Position numbers and translations under genes: made by a program. This document shows, in pieces, positions 52,906 through 64,000 of a stretch of DNA of 64,000 nucleotides (the first letter of the stretch is position 1; the number at the start of each line of letters is the position of its first letter). Under the pieces are notes generated by a model. The model was given only the letters and a program-made list of their open reading frames with translations. It searched no databases and was not told the origin of the DNA. Source of the DNA: Octopus bimaculoides. Its lineage: Eukaryota. The DNA is taken from positions 5,408,616-5,472,615 of the forward strand of contig NC_068997.1 in the NCBI RefSeq assembly GCF_001194135.2. Reading direction: 5' to 3'.

Positions 52906-53647
52906 ATTGTCAGCGAAGAAATGTTAGAATCCAAAAACGAGGAACGAGCTGTGTGTATGTGTGATGGTCGTTCAGTTTTGAATTTAGTTTAAAACGGCAG
53001 CAAAGCGTGAATGTGTGTAATGTTTATAGAAGAAGGAAAGGTAGATGACTAAGTGGAAATCATCTGCTACAAATGTTGGCTTCGCCACTGAGTCAAGATG
53101 GCGTGTTTCTTACGTCATTAGAAAACAGCAGTAATGAGATTCTGATGGGTGGTGGAGGGAGAGAGAAATAATACTGTCGTATTAACCGAGATATTTATCA
53201 GCTAATGAAATGATATATATTGAATAAAATTTGAGGAGAAATATGTTCAATAAATTATTCATGTATATCTATGTATGTATATATGGTATAAACACAGTAT
53301 TTGAATATATTTGTTTCATGCTTTAGTTATTTATTTTTGTTTTTGTCCATATCGTAAGGGACATAGATAAGTAATGTGACTAGAGGAGTAGAAAGAGAAG
53401 TGAGTGTTAAAGAAGTAGGAGGGTGAGTCTGTGAAGGGAAGGGGAAGAAAAACAATTGTTGGTATCGTCACCGTTGTTATTGTCGTTGGTGGTGTTGTCG
53501 CTGCCGTCCTCAAAGAATGATGAAATAAAAGCGGTCTGCTTTTCGGGGAGAGATAGAAGGAAAAAAAAATTCAAACGAACAAATATCTCTTCATGAATCC
53601 ATTTCATTACATTTCTTTACGCTGTCGCCTGATTAACATTGATCAAC
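52906..53647. promoter_or_regulatory. Putative bidirectional promoter and 5' UTRs shared by HGS and ARL16
   Basis: 742 nt between divergent ATGs; CpG retained relative to the flanks. TGAGTCA (53089-53095), CAAGATGGCG (53094-53103) and TTACGTCA (53110-53117) are clustered. No TSS data. Confidence 0.7.
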
Positions 53648-53708
53648 ATGTGTTTATTAATTGGACCACCCGGAGTTGGTAAAACTTTACTCATGAAGAG
53701 GATGCAAA
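53648..53708 (+). CDS. ARL16: ARL16 coding exon 1 (MCLLIGPPGVGKTLLMKRMQ), P-loop
   Basis: ATG at 53648, GxxGxGKT motif. Matches human MCLLLGATGVGKTLLVKRLQ; followed by donor GTATCCTTT. Confidence 0.95.
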
Positions 53709-55745
53709 GTATCCTTTGAAATAGTCTACTGTTGCTAACTGTGTGGTGTCGCTATCTGTGTGTGTGTGTGTGTGTTATTAATTCTATATTTCTTAATATA
53801 TGTCAGTGTGAGTGTAGTGTGATAATTTTGTGGGTGTGTTACCCGTAACTATGTGAGTGTGACTGTGTTTTGGTCTGTGAGTGTATGGCTAATTGTACGT
53901 GTTAATAACTACATGTGTGTAGTTATTAACACTTAAAAATGCAAGTATGTATGTGCATGCATATGTGTGTGTACATATATATGCATGCGTGTGTGTACAT
54001 GTACATATATATAGATAGATAGATAGATATGCGTGTTTATGAATGTATGTGTGTGTATAAACTGTGTGCGATTTTTCGAAATGGTCTTCCCTCCTCAATC
54101 ACCTGTTTTTTTCAAAGGTTCGTACTTTTATTCGTCCCCCCCCCCACCGTTCTTTCAACCACTGACTTACTTGCAATACAATAAAAAATAACCCACAGTT
54201 AAGGATCTCAACAGCAATTACTCTGATAATATATAATACACAGCTTTTATTACACGTCCCTGGAGGCAGGTTTTCTGTCTGTTTAAGCAGATGTTTTCTC
54301 CAAAAAATGCACTTTCAATCTTTGTGCAATCTTTAATAATTGCCATTCAAATGGATCGGATTTATTATTGTTTGGGTCATTATAAGCTTATATTCGTCTC
54401 CGGGTCATTTTCTGGTTGTTTAACTCTGGGTCAACTCTCAGTTAAAGTAAGACCACAAACATTGTATTTATGAGCATCCTGACTTATTATACCAGGGATA
54501 ATATTTTCCGTTGCATCTTTTTTTTTTTTTTTTTCCATCTTTCATTGGAGATGGTAGGACGCAGTTTGGGGACATTTGGCTGTTGTTTCTGTCCCATCAA
54601 ACGACAGTATAATGATATAAATCACGAGAATTATTGGTGACTAATGATAGTTTTTGTTAACGTTATTATTGTTTTAACACTTTCATCATCCTATTAATAA
54701 AATACTTCTTGTTTCTCTCTTTCTTATTTTCTCATTTCTTTCTTCTTGTCAGTTATTTTCTAATATTTGGTGTACAGCACAACTAAATTGTAAACCTAAC
54801 AAATGTGCTTTGACCTACCTAGAAATAACAGCCTATTTTTCCTCAAATAAAAGTCGTCTACCTGAAAAAAAAAAAAAAAAACGAGATGAGGGCAGACTAC
54901 GCGGCAACTCGATTAACCAGAAATAACAGTCAAATCTCCAGTACTTATAAGCAACAGAAAGAAACACTGGATAATGTAGTCCTAAATTTTACAATGTCTG
55001 AAAATAAATAAAAGATATAGTGGTCCCAGCAGGAACGTTTTTAATTATCCGCTTACTTGATGGATGCTGGCCAGGGGTTAAACAATAACGCAACCACCAA
55101 AACAACCGGCAACAATTCACGCTAAATCTCTGTTCTCTATATATGTTCTAGTGTGAAAAGGGGGGACACTGGACTGTAAAAGCTCTGGACACTGTTTCAT
55201 CAACCGGGAAATTAATATCAAAGTAATTACAAGAGAAAAAGAAAAGAAAAAATAGAAAAGGAAACAGCTAATGTGGACAGGCCCTCTTAACAGGATGATC
55301 GGATGGCCTGTTGTTAGAAATGCCACTTGAACTCGCCTAAATCTAATCGATATATTTACTGAAATTAATTAATTATTGGGATGGGGGAGAAGGATGCCTA
55401 CGCTCACTTTCTGTCTGAAAAACAAATACTTCTAACATCCTTCATGTAGTGAGGTGAAAAATCTGAATAATTCAAATTTACATTAATTGTGAAACAAAAA
55501 AAATAATCATTAACTAAAAGGTATATGACAAGGTAGGGGAGACAACCCCAGAATTTAAATTCTTTTTGCTAACTCAACTATCAGATGTCCTTATACATCA
55601 CTACTCAATGGATTTCCTCATAAAATATAGAGAACTAGATGTCTTTTAATGAAATTTTTTTTAGTTGTGGCTTATTTTAATACAATATTTATGTGTACAT
55701 TTTATGTGCTTACAAATATGTTTGTTAATTCCTTAATAAATTTTG
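53709..55745 (+). other. ARL16: U12-type (minor spliceosome) intron, ARL16 intron 1
   Basis: 5' splice site GTATCCTTT (53709-53717) is the U12 consensus. Branch-site motif TTCCTTAAT at 55729-55737 lies just before exon 2. Confidence 0.85.
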
Positions 55746-55804
55746 ATTGTACAAGTAAAGGTACTTTTGAAAACCTCCATGAAATTCCAGCAACTATTCC
55801 AACA
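55746..55804 (+). CDS. ARL16: ARL16 coding exon 2 ((N)CTSKGTFENLHEIPATIPT); 5' boundary 55746 or 55761
   Basis: Ends ACA|gtaaga in phase 0. Aligns to human GDLGEPPPTRPT. The acceptor is ambiguous (see the U12 finding). Confidence 0.8.
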
Positions 55805-56094
55805 GTAAGAAAACATTTCATTAATTTTATATAAATAATTTTTTTTATTTAATATTTATTTGTGTTTCATTATTTATTGTTTCTATATTTTTCAGTTTGA
55901 TCTTTGAGAAAATGGATTGACACATTGGATAATGTAATCTAAAAAATACTCTCTAAATAAAAGATAGAGAGGTCTTGAATGGAAAACTCCCCAATCATGG
56001 TTTCATGTATATGTGTAATACACATCCCAACCTGATAAGCCCACATATGAAGCAGAATATATTTTGCTAAACTTACTGTTATAGATTAAGCAAG

Positions 56095-56248
56095 CCACTA
56101 GCGTAACTAGATTGTGTACCGCTTGGGGCAGCCATTCTGTTTGCTGCCCCTGGACCCCACAAAAAACACATATTGCCTACAGCAGACCCAAAAGTGCATC
56201 CCCTTTAAAAGTGCCACCTGTGGCCCCCTCCCTCAAGCTACATTAGTG
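56095..56248. mobile_element. hAT-type MITE in ARL16 intron 2
   Basis: Imperfect TIRs cactagcgtaact / agctacattagtg, flanked by the 8-bp direct repeat taagcaag (56087-56094, 56249-56256). Confidence 0.65.
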
Positions 56249-56847
56249 TAAGCAAGTCAACAACCAAACTTCTGATTGTGAGTTCTTTATTCTAAGTGGT
56301 TTGACTATGTTCCTCTGAACTTGTCACACTCAAGAATACTATGTGTGTGTGTGTGAATGTTTACATCTTCATGTGAAAGTGTTGAGCTAAAGACTGGTGC
56401 TTGTTGTCATTCCCTGTGAACAAAATCATCCACTAGCTCTACTTTCTTGTAGACAAGAGGATATCTTACTTGAAAAACAGATAAGGGTTAGCAATAGGAA
56501 GTGCATCCAGCTGCAAAACAATGACTCATTAATATGTATTCATCTAAGCCACGATAGCAAGGAAAAACAAAAGTACAACAAATTACTAAATGGTGCACAC
56601 ATTATATTTTATTGATAGAAAAGTTTATGCTTTAGGTTTAGATGCTCTTAAATTAAGTGATGTTTATTTTTGCAGCTCTGTTGATACCACCTATGATTGC
56701 ATAAGGCTAATTTAAAATGTCTGTGTTTAAACTTACATCAAAAGATTTCTTTTTCTATTTGTATATAGATTGAATCATAAGTGATAAAACTAACAGATTT
56801 AATTATCATTGTTTGTACAACAATCTTTAAATTGTGTGATGTCTATA

Positions 56848-56927
<80 letters not shown>

Positions 56928-56940
56928 TATTCTTTCCTAG

Positions 56941-57060
56941 GTGGGTACAAATATGGTCAGTGTATTATTAAGCAAAAAAATAGACATTGTTATACGAGAA
57001 CTTGGAGGTTGCATGGGACCAATTTGGCACAGTTATTTCAGAGACACAGAATATCTTATG
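56941..57060 (+). CDS. ARL16: ARL16 coding exon 3 (VGTNMVSVLLSKKIDIVIRELGGCMGPIWHSYFRDTEYLM)
   Basis: tctttcctag|GTG...ATG|gtatgt, 120 nt. Contains the ARL16-diagnostic IRELGGCMGPIW. Confidence 0.97.
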
Positions 57061-59323
57061 GTATGTAAAACTATCATTACTATTATTTTTATACTGTGTA
57101 ACACAATTTTTATCCTTGGGTAGTAACTGTTATTTCCTATTTGCTTACCACTAGAAAGTGTGCAAAATGGCTAATATTTCCATCAAACTTCTTTACATTT
57201 ATTCAAGCCCCAAAGAATCCCTCTCGACACATGGCTATGATGCTCCCCAACTACTCCTGCTCATGATTAGAGATGCACATATTATCAGCCACTAAGGGAC
57301 ATACTCAGGTGGTTATGGTCAAGCAACTGACAAGCAAATCTATGGTACTGAGCAGAATATTGGCTATAATGATATTTCTTCTTCAGCAACTCAGTGCTGA
57401 ATCTGTCTGAAATGTAATGGAAAATAGGACAATTTCAAGACATTGATGTCTAGATCACAAAAGCAAAGTTCCAAGGAAATAGAAGTACTTTCCTTTGATT
57501 TCTAGATAGAAGCAAACAGGAAATAAAGTTGACCAAAGAAAAGAAAAAAATTTTGTCACAGTGTTATTATAGGTTTCTGCAGTCATTTTCATATGATTGT
57601 CATTCAATTTGATAATCGGGTCATTCAAAGTCGCAAAAAAAAATTAGTGCCATGAAGTTAGTCATTCAAATTTGTTTTTCAATCATTTAGTTTTGCACTT
57701 CGGTCAAAGAATTTAGCATTTACATCGTTCAAATTAAAATACCTATCGAGAGCATTCAAATTAGTCAGAATGCCAGGAAGCATCTTTTCAAGCATTCAAA
57801 TTCACACATGAGCATTTGAGTTCAAGCTAAGTTTATTCAATTCAGCACTAATTTTACAGGTGTATTTTTACTCGTGTTGTAAGAAGAGAATATTAAAAAT
57901 AACAAATTTAAATGACATGTTTTGTCATGCAAATTTTGTTATGTTGTTATAGCTACAAAGAAGAAATAAGTTACATGATTCTTCTGTCCACAAAGAAGTG
58001 TTTTTTCATTGCAACATTCATAACTGGTTGGTATCAGTTGCATTTTATATCCCTTTCTTTTATACCAACTTGTAATCAAGCCACACGTAAGGTACATGCA
58101 TATATTGGATGAAGATAGGGCAAGGCTAGTTGACGCCTTCGAGGGGCATCAAATCTGCTACTGGCAGACTCATCTGGCATTAAAAGGAGTACTGCCTGAT
58201 CCATAGTAGCAACCTACCTATAGTTTATGAGGTGCCACAAGTTGCCCAGAGGAGGCACCCACCATGTTAACGTCCCAGATGCAAGAAATGGCCCAACAAC
58301 TCTGGAAAAGCATTAAGAGTACGCGCATTGGTTCGTGGAAGAGGGAGTCATCAGCCAATGGATATTCATTGAGGAATATTTTGCAACATTTCTTCCAGCT
58401 CTGTATGTTCTGAGTTCAAACCCAGATTTGAAATTTTTTATTGATTTTTTTTGTTAGTTCTGTTGTGTGACCAAAAGTTGTTCCTTTTGCATCTATTTTC
58501 ACACATTTCTGACAATGAAATTCTCTCATCTAGTCTCTTCAAGACTTTCTTTATATGTCAAAGAAAAATGGCGAGGTGACTGGCATAATTCCCTGAGAAC
58601 ATATTTTCCACAAAAACAACAAACAAACAATAAAGAAAGTAAACTGGTGTTATCCAACTTATTTGCTGAGGAGCTTTAATAACACTGAAATATACAGATT
58701 TGTCTCCCCATACTTATCAAAGCCCAGATTTACTGCCCACTGCAAGTAATATTTCTTCAAGAGTTGCTTCCCTTGAATTGCTTGACCTGATTGAGTCATT
58801 AAGCCAAATATATTTTTCTTATCACTCTAATTGTAATTTTAATTAATTGAACATTTTAAATGACTCACTTATATTAAATATGCGAAACCCCATTTTACTA
58901 TTTGTCAAAAGTTTACTGGATAATAGTTGTATTAATAATTGACCTTGTAATAACAGTTAACTTGTAGTTGTTGAACCGCAGGTCAGTCCTGATGAAGTAT
59001 GCCTACAATCAATGTCATTCCATCTATGACCATCCCATGTTTTTTCCTTTTTCTTTGTCTCTAGGACCACATTGTCCTATGAGTAATTTTTTTAAACTAA
59101 AACTGGACGGTATAATTTGAGACAGATTTTGCTTGGCTGTTATTTCTGCCTCATCAAATGACCACATAGAAGCTTTTCATGTAGACTGACTGAAATATAG
59201 TTGAAGTTTGTAGGGATTTCTGAGCCTTACTGTTTCCTTGAAGTAAGGATTAACTCTGTGCTCCATGCAAGACAGACAATAGATGAAGGATAAGAGCTAA
59301 TTGAGGTATTTTTTGTGTTTCAG

Positions 59324-59439
59324 TATATGATAGATTTAAACAACAGACAGCAAATCTCAGCTGCATGTATACAGTTGCTGACCATTTTACAAGACAAACA
59401 ACTGACCAATACACCTGTCCTTCTTCTTCTGAACAAAAT
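59324..59439 (+). CDS. ARL16: ARL16 coding exon 4 (YMIDLNNRQQISAACIQLLTILQDKQLTNTPVLLLLNK-I)
   Basis: ttgtgtttcag|TAT...AAA AT|gtaagt, 116 nt. Begins the NKxD motif. Confidence 0.95.
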
Positions 59440-60276
59440 GTAAGTATTACTGGTTTATACCTGTTTGTAATGTATCTGTCTCTGGGTTCTTATTTTCCTT
59501 TTGTGTCTCCAAAGATGTGTGGCATAAGAAATCCATTACTTGACAAGTAGGTAAGGGCTAGTGAAAGGAAGGGCATCTGGCTGTAAAAATAATGCCTCAA
59601 TATATATTCAACCAACCCATAGCAACTACGCTCTCAGAGCATCCTTCTCCTCTGCTGACTTGGTCAACTGTATAACAAAAGCTATCTACTACATCTAAGG
59701 ATGCCCCCTGCACATTTGAGGAAATCTTTTTTCTGTACCTTCTTAGTGTTTATTGTACCTGCACATCAGCCATACATAAAAACTACAACTACTTTCTCTA
59801 TTAACCTTCCTATTATACCACTGCATTTCTTATGTATCCATAGCTTGTCTATATTTATATATTCACACATACACGCAAATATTGCTTTCAAATTTTGGCA
59901 GAACGCCAGCAATTTTGGAGCAGTGGGTAATTTGATTACATTGACCACAGTGCTCAACTGGTACTTATTTTATCAACCCCAAAAGGACGAAAGGCAAAGT
60001 TGACCTTGGCTGAATTTAAACTCAGAATGTAAAGATGCACAAAATGCTGCTAAGCATTTTGCCTGGCATACTAACAATTATGCCAGCTCACTGCCTCACA
60101 TACACACACACATATTAGTATTACATAGCTATTGTTTGAATAGTTGTAGAGTATAACTGTCTCTCCTCCATACGCTATAGGAAGGTAAAGTCTCCAAGTT
60201 CTTATTCTTACAATCCAACAGATTACAGAACCCATATCACATTGATACTATATACCTTTACTTCTCTTTTTTATAG

Positions 60277-60445
60277 AGACATGGCTACTATAATGTCAAG
60301 GCCAGAATTTGAAAACTACCTTCGCTTGGAAGAAATAATTCAGTATTCCACCCAAAATATTACAGTCCACGAAATAAGTGCCTGGAATGGTAAAGGATTG
60401 GAAGAGATTCTTCGTTGGCTTCAGGCTAATTACAAGCCCAGATGA
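60277..60445 (+). CDS. ARL16: ARL16 coding exon 5 to stop (DMATIMSRPEFENYLRLEEIIQYSTQNITVHEISAWNGKGLEEILRWLQANYKPR*)
   Basis: ctcttttttatag|A GAC...AGA TGA. Matches human QNITTAEISAREGTGLAGVLAWLQ. The exons total 525 nt with the 59-nt exon 2. Confidence 0.96.
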
Positions 60446-61455
60446 AACACGCCCCTTCTTATTGCATGTTCTTCTATCTACAGTTTCAACTCTTGTAATA
60501 TTTATTTGTCCATGAGTTCATTGTTGCATTTGTCCAACCCTGCTAAAGAGAAAAAATAATAATGAATAACTAAATATGCCACACCAAATTTTTTTTTCAT
60601 TTTATGAGAAATATGTATTCTCTCTTCACATAAAGGTCCCTAAGTAAAGAATAATGGTGCCACCAAAAGCTGCTCTATTTTGTGGAAGGCTCCCATCTGA
60701 AGGCATTGGCTTCCAATGGGTCTACCTAAAAGGATCAAGAAGTATGGTTAGCATCAGTGTTCCGTCACTCCCAGCGGTCTTGGAGGTCATGGGTGCTGAC
60801 TGTTCTTCTTTCACTAGGCCATTAAAAGGAAAGAAAAAGTATTAAAAAAGTGTATTTTTTGATATTATGAATTTATAAAAGGTGAATGGATAAAAAATGT
60901 GTGAGAATTATTACTTTTGACATTTGTATCAGATATGAGGAGGAAATCTGTGGGCCCTTTGTAATGTCAAGGGTAACATGTTTGTCTGGCAAGCAAAAGG
61001 TATGTGGTTCAATTTCATGCTGTGGATTTATTGTTACTTTTGCTCTCAGATTGTTGTTTACAAACTTTAAATGTGCATAATTTAAAACATAGCTTTTAAT
61101 ATTAATCTATTTGCATGTGTGTGCATGTGAGTGCCATAAAAAAACAAGACAGTGGAGAAAAGGGATTGACTGGACTTTGGTTTCCCACCCCACCTCATTG
61201 TGTGTGTGTATATATATATATAAACATGTACATATAAACATCAATATATATCATCATGATCTGTATTGATCAGATGGAATTTATTGTGGTAGTTTTCTAC
61301 ATTCAGATGCCCTTCTTGTCACCAACTCTCACCTGTTTCCAAGCCAGGTTATTTTCCCATACCTAGATATGTTTTCACAGAAGACTGGAAATGAACAACC
61401 TCACTTGCATGACAATGATGTTCATTTACAACCACTGCATGGTGTCTAGGTAAGG

Positions 61456-61536
<81 letters not shown>

Positions 61537-61544
61537 CACACACA

Positions 61545-61887
61545 CATACATCGTTGTGGCGCTCCATCGGTTACGATGACAAGGGTTCCAGTTGATCCAA
61601 TCAAATGGAACAGCCTGCTTGTGAAATTAATGTAGTTCTCAGGGAAATTCAGTGTGACACAGTGTGACAAGGCTGACCCTTTGAATTACAGGCACAACAG
61701 AAACAGGAAGAAAGTTGTGGTGGAAGAGTACAGCAGGGTTCGACACCCACCCCACTCCCCACTAGAGCCTCGTGGAGCTTTAGGGGTTTTCGCTCAATAA
61801 ACACTCGCAACACCCAGTCTGGGAATTGAAACAGCGATCCTACAGCCACGAGTCCGCTGCCCTAACTACTGGACCATTGCACCTCCA
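61545..61887 (-). mobile_element. tRNA-headed SINE (family D)
   Basis: Minus-strand head ggaggtgcaatggtccagtagttagggcagcggactc..gtttcaattcccagac has A/B-box-like motifs, followed by a non-tRNA body. Confidence 0.75.
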
Positions 61888-62263
61888 CACACATACATAC
61901 ATACATATGAAGGGCTTCCTTCCGTTTCCATCAATCAAATCCACTGACAAGGTTTTTGTCAACTTGTGGCTATTGTAGAAAACACTTGCTCAAGTTGCTG
62001 TGAAGTGGGAGTGAACCCAAGACCACATGCTTCCATGATTAGGGAAATCAAAATCCAGCTGATTCCTTCTCATTTCTGTTTATTTTGTTATATTAGCCAA
62101 GTAAATAAAGCATACTATCACCACATCACCAATTCCTGGAAACCACAATTTCATAATGACCTTCAACATTTTGTTATATTTTGTTCTTAAGAATATATAA
62201 CAAGAAGACATTTTCATACAGTCTTTCGGGGGTCCAGTGGAATAAATAAGGCATTATTTCTCC

Positions 62264-62495
62264 ATGAGGTGCATAGCTTAGTGGTTAGAGTGTTGCACTC
62301 ATGATGGTAAGATTGTGGTTTGATACCTGGACAAGGTGATGTGTTGTGTTCTTAAGCAAAACAGTTCATTTCACATTATTCCAGTCCTCTCAGCTGGCAA
62401 AAATGAGTAATCCTGTAATGGACCAACATCCCATCCAGGTGGGAAATATGTATGCAGGCCATAGAATCCAGGAAACCAGCCTTATGAGCGTACTG
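62264..62495 (+). mobile_element. tRNA-headed SINE with V/CORE-like central domain (family E)
   Basis: gcttagtggttagagtgttgcactc..gtttgatacc head, then gtgttcttaagcaaaac..ccagtcctctcagctg..atggacca. Confidence 0.6.
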
Positions 62496-63111
62496 TGAGG
62501 GAAGAACCTTTGGTTATTAATAAACATATCCACTCTACCCAACTTTTATATTGAGTCCTCTTTTGAGTTAGGGTCTTTTCTGCTCCATTACTGAGCATAT
62601 CCCATATGCATATAAACACATACACATAAATGTGTCATAAACATGTGTGTATCAATATATATATATATATATATAAAATATACAGATATAGGGCAGGGAA
62701 TCGTCAATTAGTAATAAAATTAATAATTAACAATTTTGCCAAGTAGTTCAGTATGAAAAAACCATTATCGGTAAAACCATTTATAATCATAAATATACAG
62801 GGATTAGCTTGAGTTGCTTCTCCAACATACTGAAAATTTAGAAATAGCAGTCAAAGAACTACTGATTCCAAACTACATATATATATATATATATAATGTA
62901 TGTTATTCTGCATGGTTATTTGTAAAGTCTATATCACTTAATGTGTGTGAATATGATGTAATGATTTTGTTGATGATGGAGATTGTAAAATGCATTTACT
63001 TTTTTTTTTTTCCTTTTTTTAAATTTAAAATTCTTTCTTTTTATATTTATATATATAAAAGAAAGAAACAGCTGTTTTCTATTTCTGTGTATGTATCTAT
63101 CTTTCTTCCAT

Positions 63112-63148
<37 letters not shown>

Positions 63149-63186
63149 NNNNNNNNNNTCTCTTTCTCATTATTTCTATCTATTTA

Positions 63187-63233
<47 letters not shown>

Positions 63234-63382
63234 AACACTCACATACACATGTATATTTTTTATTAAAGTCATAATACTGGTGTGTATATTTATCAAATAC
63301 AGCTATGTGTTTTTATACTATCCAAATTACATTACCATGCATTTCATACTACTACTACTACTACTACTACTACTACAACTAT

Positions 63383-63926
63383 TGAGTGAGAGAGCAGTGC
63401 ATGCCATCAAAGTAACACTGGGATAAAATGAACGAAGCCCAATATACCCATCATGACTACCCGTCTGATAAGGGTACACCAGGCACATGCATCACAACCA
63501 TACGCGCACGACATGATATCATATCAAAATAAACAACACATGACCTTGCAGGTGGGACCCAGTTAGAATTTTCTTCTGGTTGAGTAGCCCATCCTGCTCA
63601 AAAGGTCCCTGGATAAGGGTTGTTTAAGAATGTTGAACGAAACCTCAATGTTTCCAGAGGTGAATTATCCAAACCCCAAAGAATTCCTCTCAACACATGG
63701 CTATGATGCTTCCCCACTACTTCTGCTCATGATCAGAGATGCACATATCATCAGCCACCAAGGGACATGCTCAACTGGTTAAGGTCAAACAACTGACAAG
63801 CAAATCTGTGGTTTTGAGTAGAATACTTGCTGTAGCCCATCTTTCATACCAAGACAAAACAATGTACATGATAACACTTCCAGTCAGTTAAGATCAGAAG
63901 CCATGAGAGCCACTGTGCAGTACTGC
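63383..63926. mobile_element. Unclassified interspersed repeat inserted in a (CTA)n tract
   Basis: 63670-63840 matches 57203-57380 (ccccaaagaat..acacatggctatgatgct..agatgcacatat..gacaagcaaatct); flanked by (cta)n/(tag)n. Confidence 0.7.
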
Positions 63927-63943
63927 ATCAGGGCATCTACTAC

Positions 63944-63975
<32 letters not shown>

Positions 63976-64000
63976 CTACTACTACTACTACTATTATTAT

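Noticed and set aside
61830-61887. tRNA gene
   Set aside because: A/B-box-like head without a closed acceptor stem, continuing into a repeat body: a SINE head. The same applies at about 48860 and 62270.

Overview
AT-rich, microsatellite-dense animal genomic DNA with scaffold gaps. The repeat content resembles octopus or another coleoid cephalopod (inference). Two intron-containing genes lie head-to-head. (1) HGS/Hrs (ESCRT-0) is on the minus strand: 8 coding exons were traced by hand from the ATG at 52905 down to 12554, covering the VHS domain, the FYVE domain and the start of the linker. The rest of the gene is not found in the window. (2) ARL16 is complete on the plus strand (5 coding exons, 53648-60445, about 174 aa). 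The start codons are 742 nt apart, the same divergent arrangement as human HGS/ARL16. ARL16 intron 1 has U12-type (minor spliceosome) signals, and its best-fitting acceptor may be a non-canonical TG. The introns hold mariner copies, RTE and CR1/L2-like LINE 3' fragments, several SINE families, MITE/foldback elements, a 31-bp minisatellite, a perfect 96-bp inverted repeat and a degenerate Penelope-type hammerhead ribozyme motif. Most ORFs in the supplied track are artefacts of microsatellites, N gaps or transposon debris. Exon coordinates were counted by hand; repeat boundaries are approximate.
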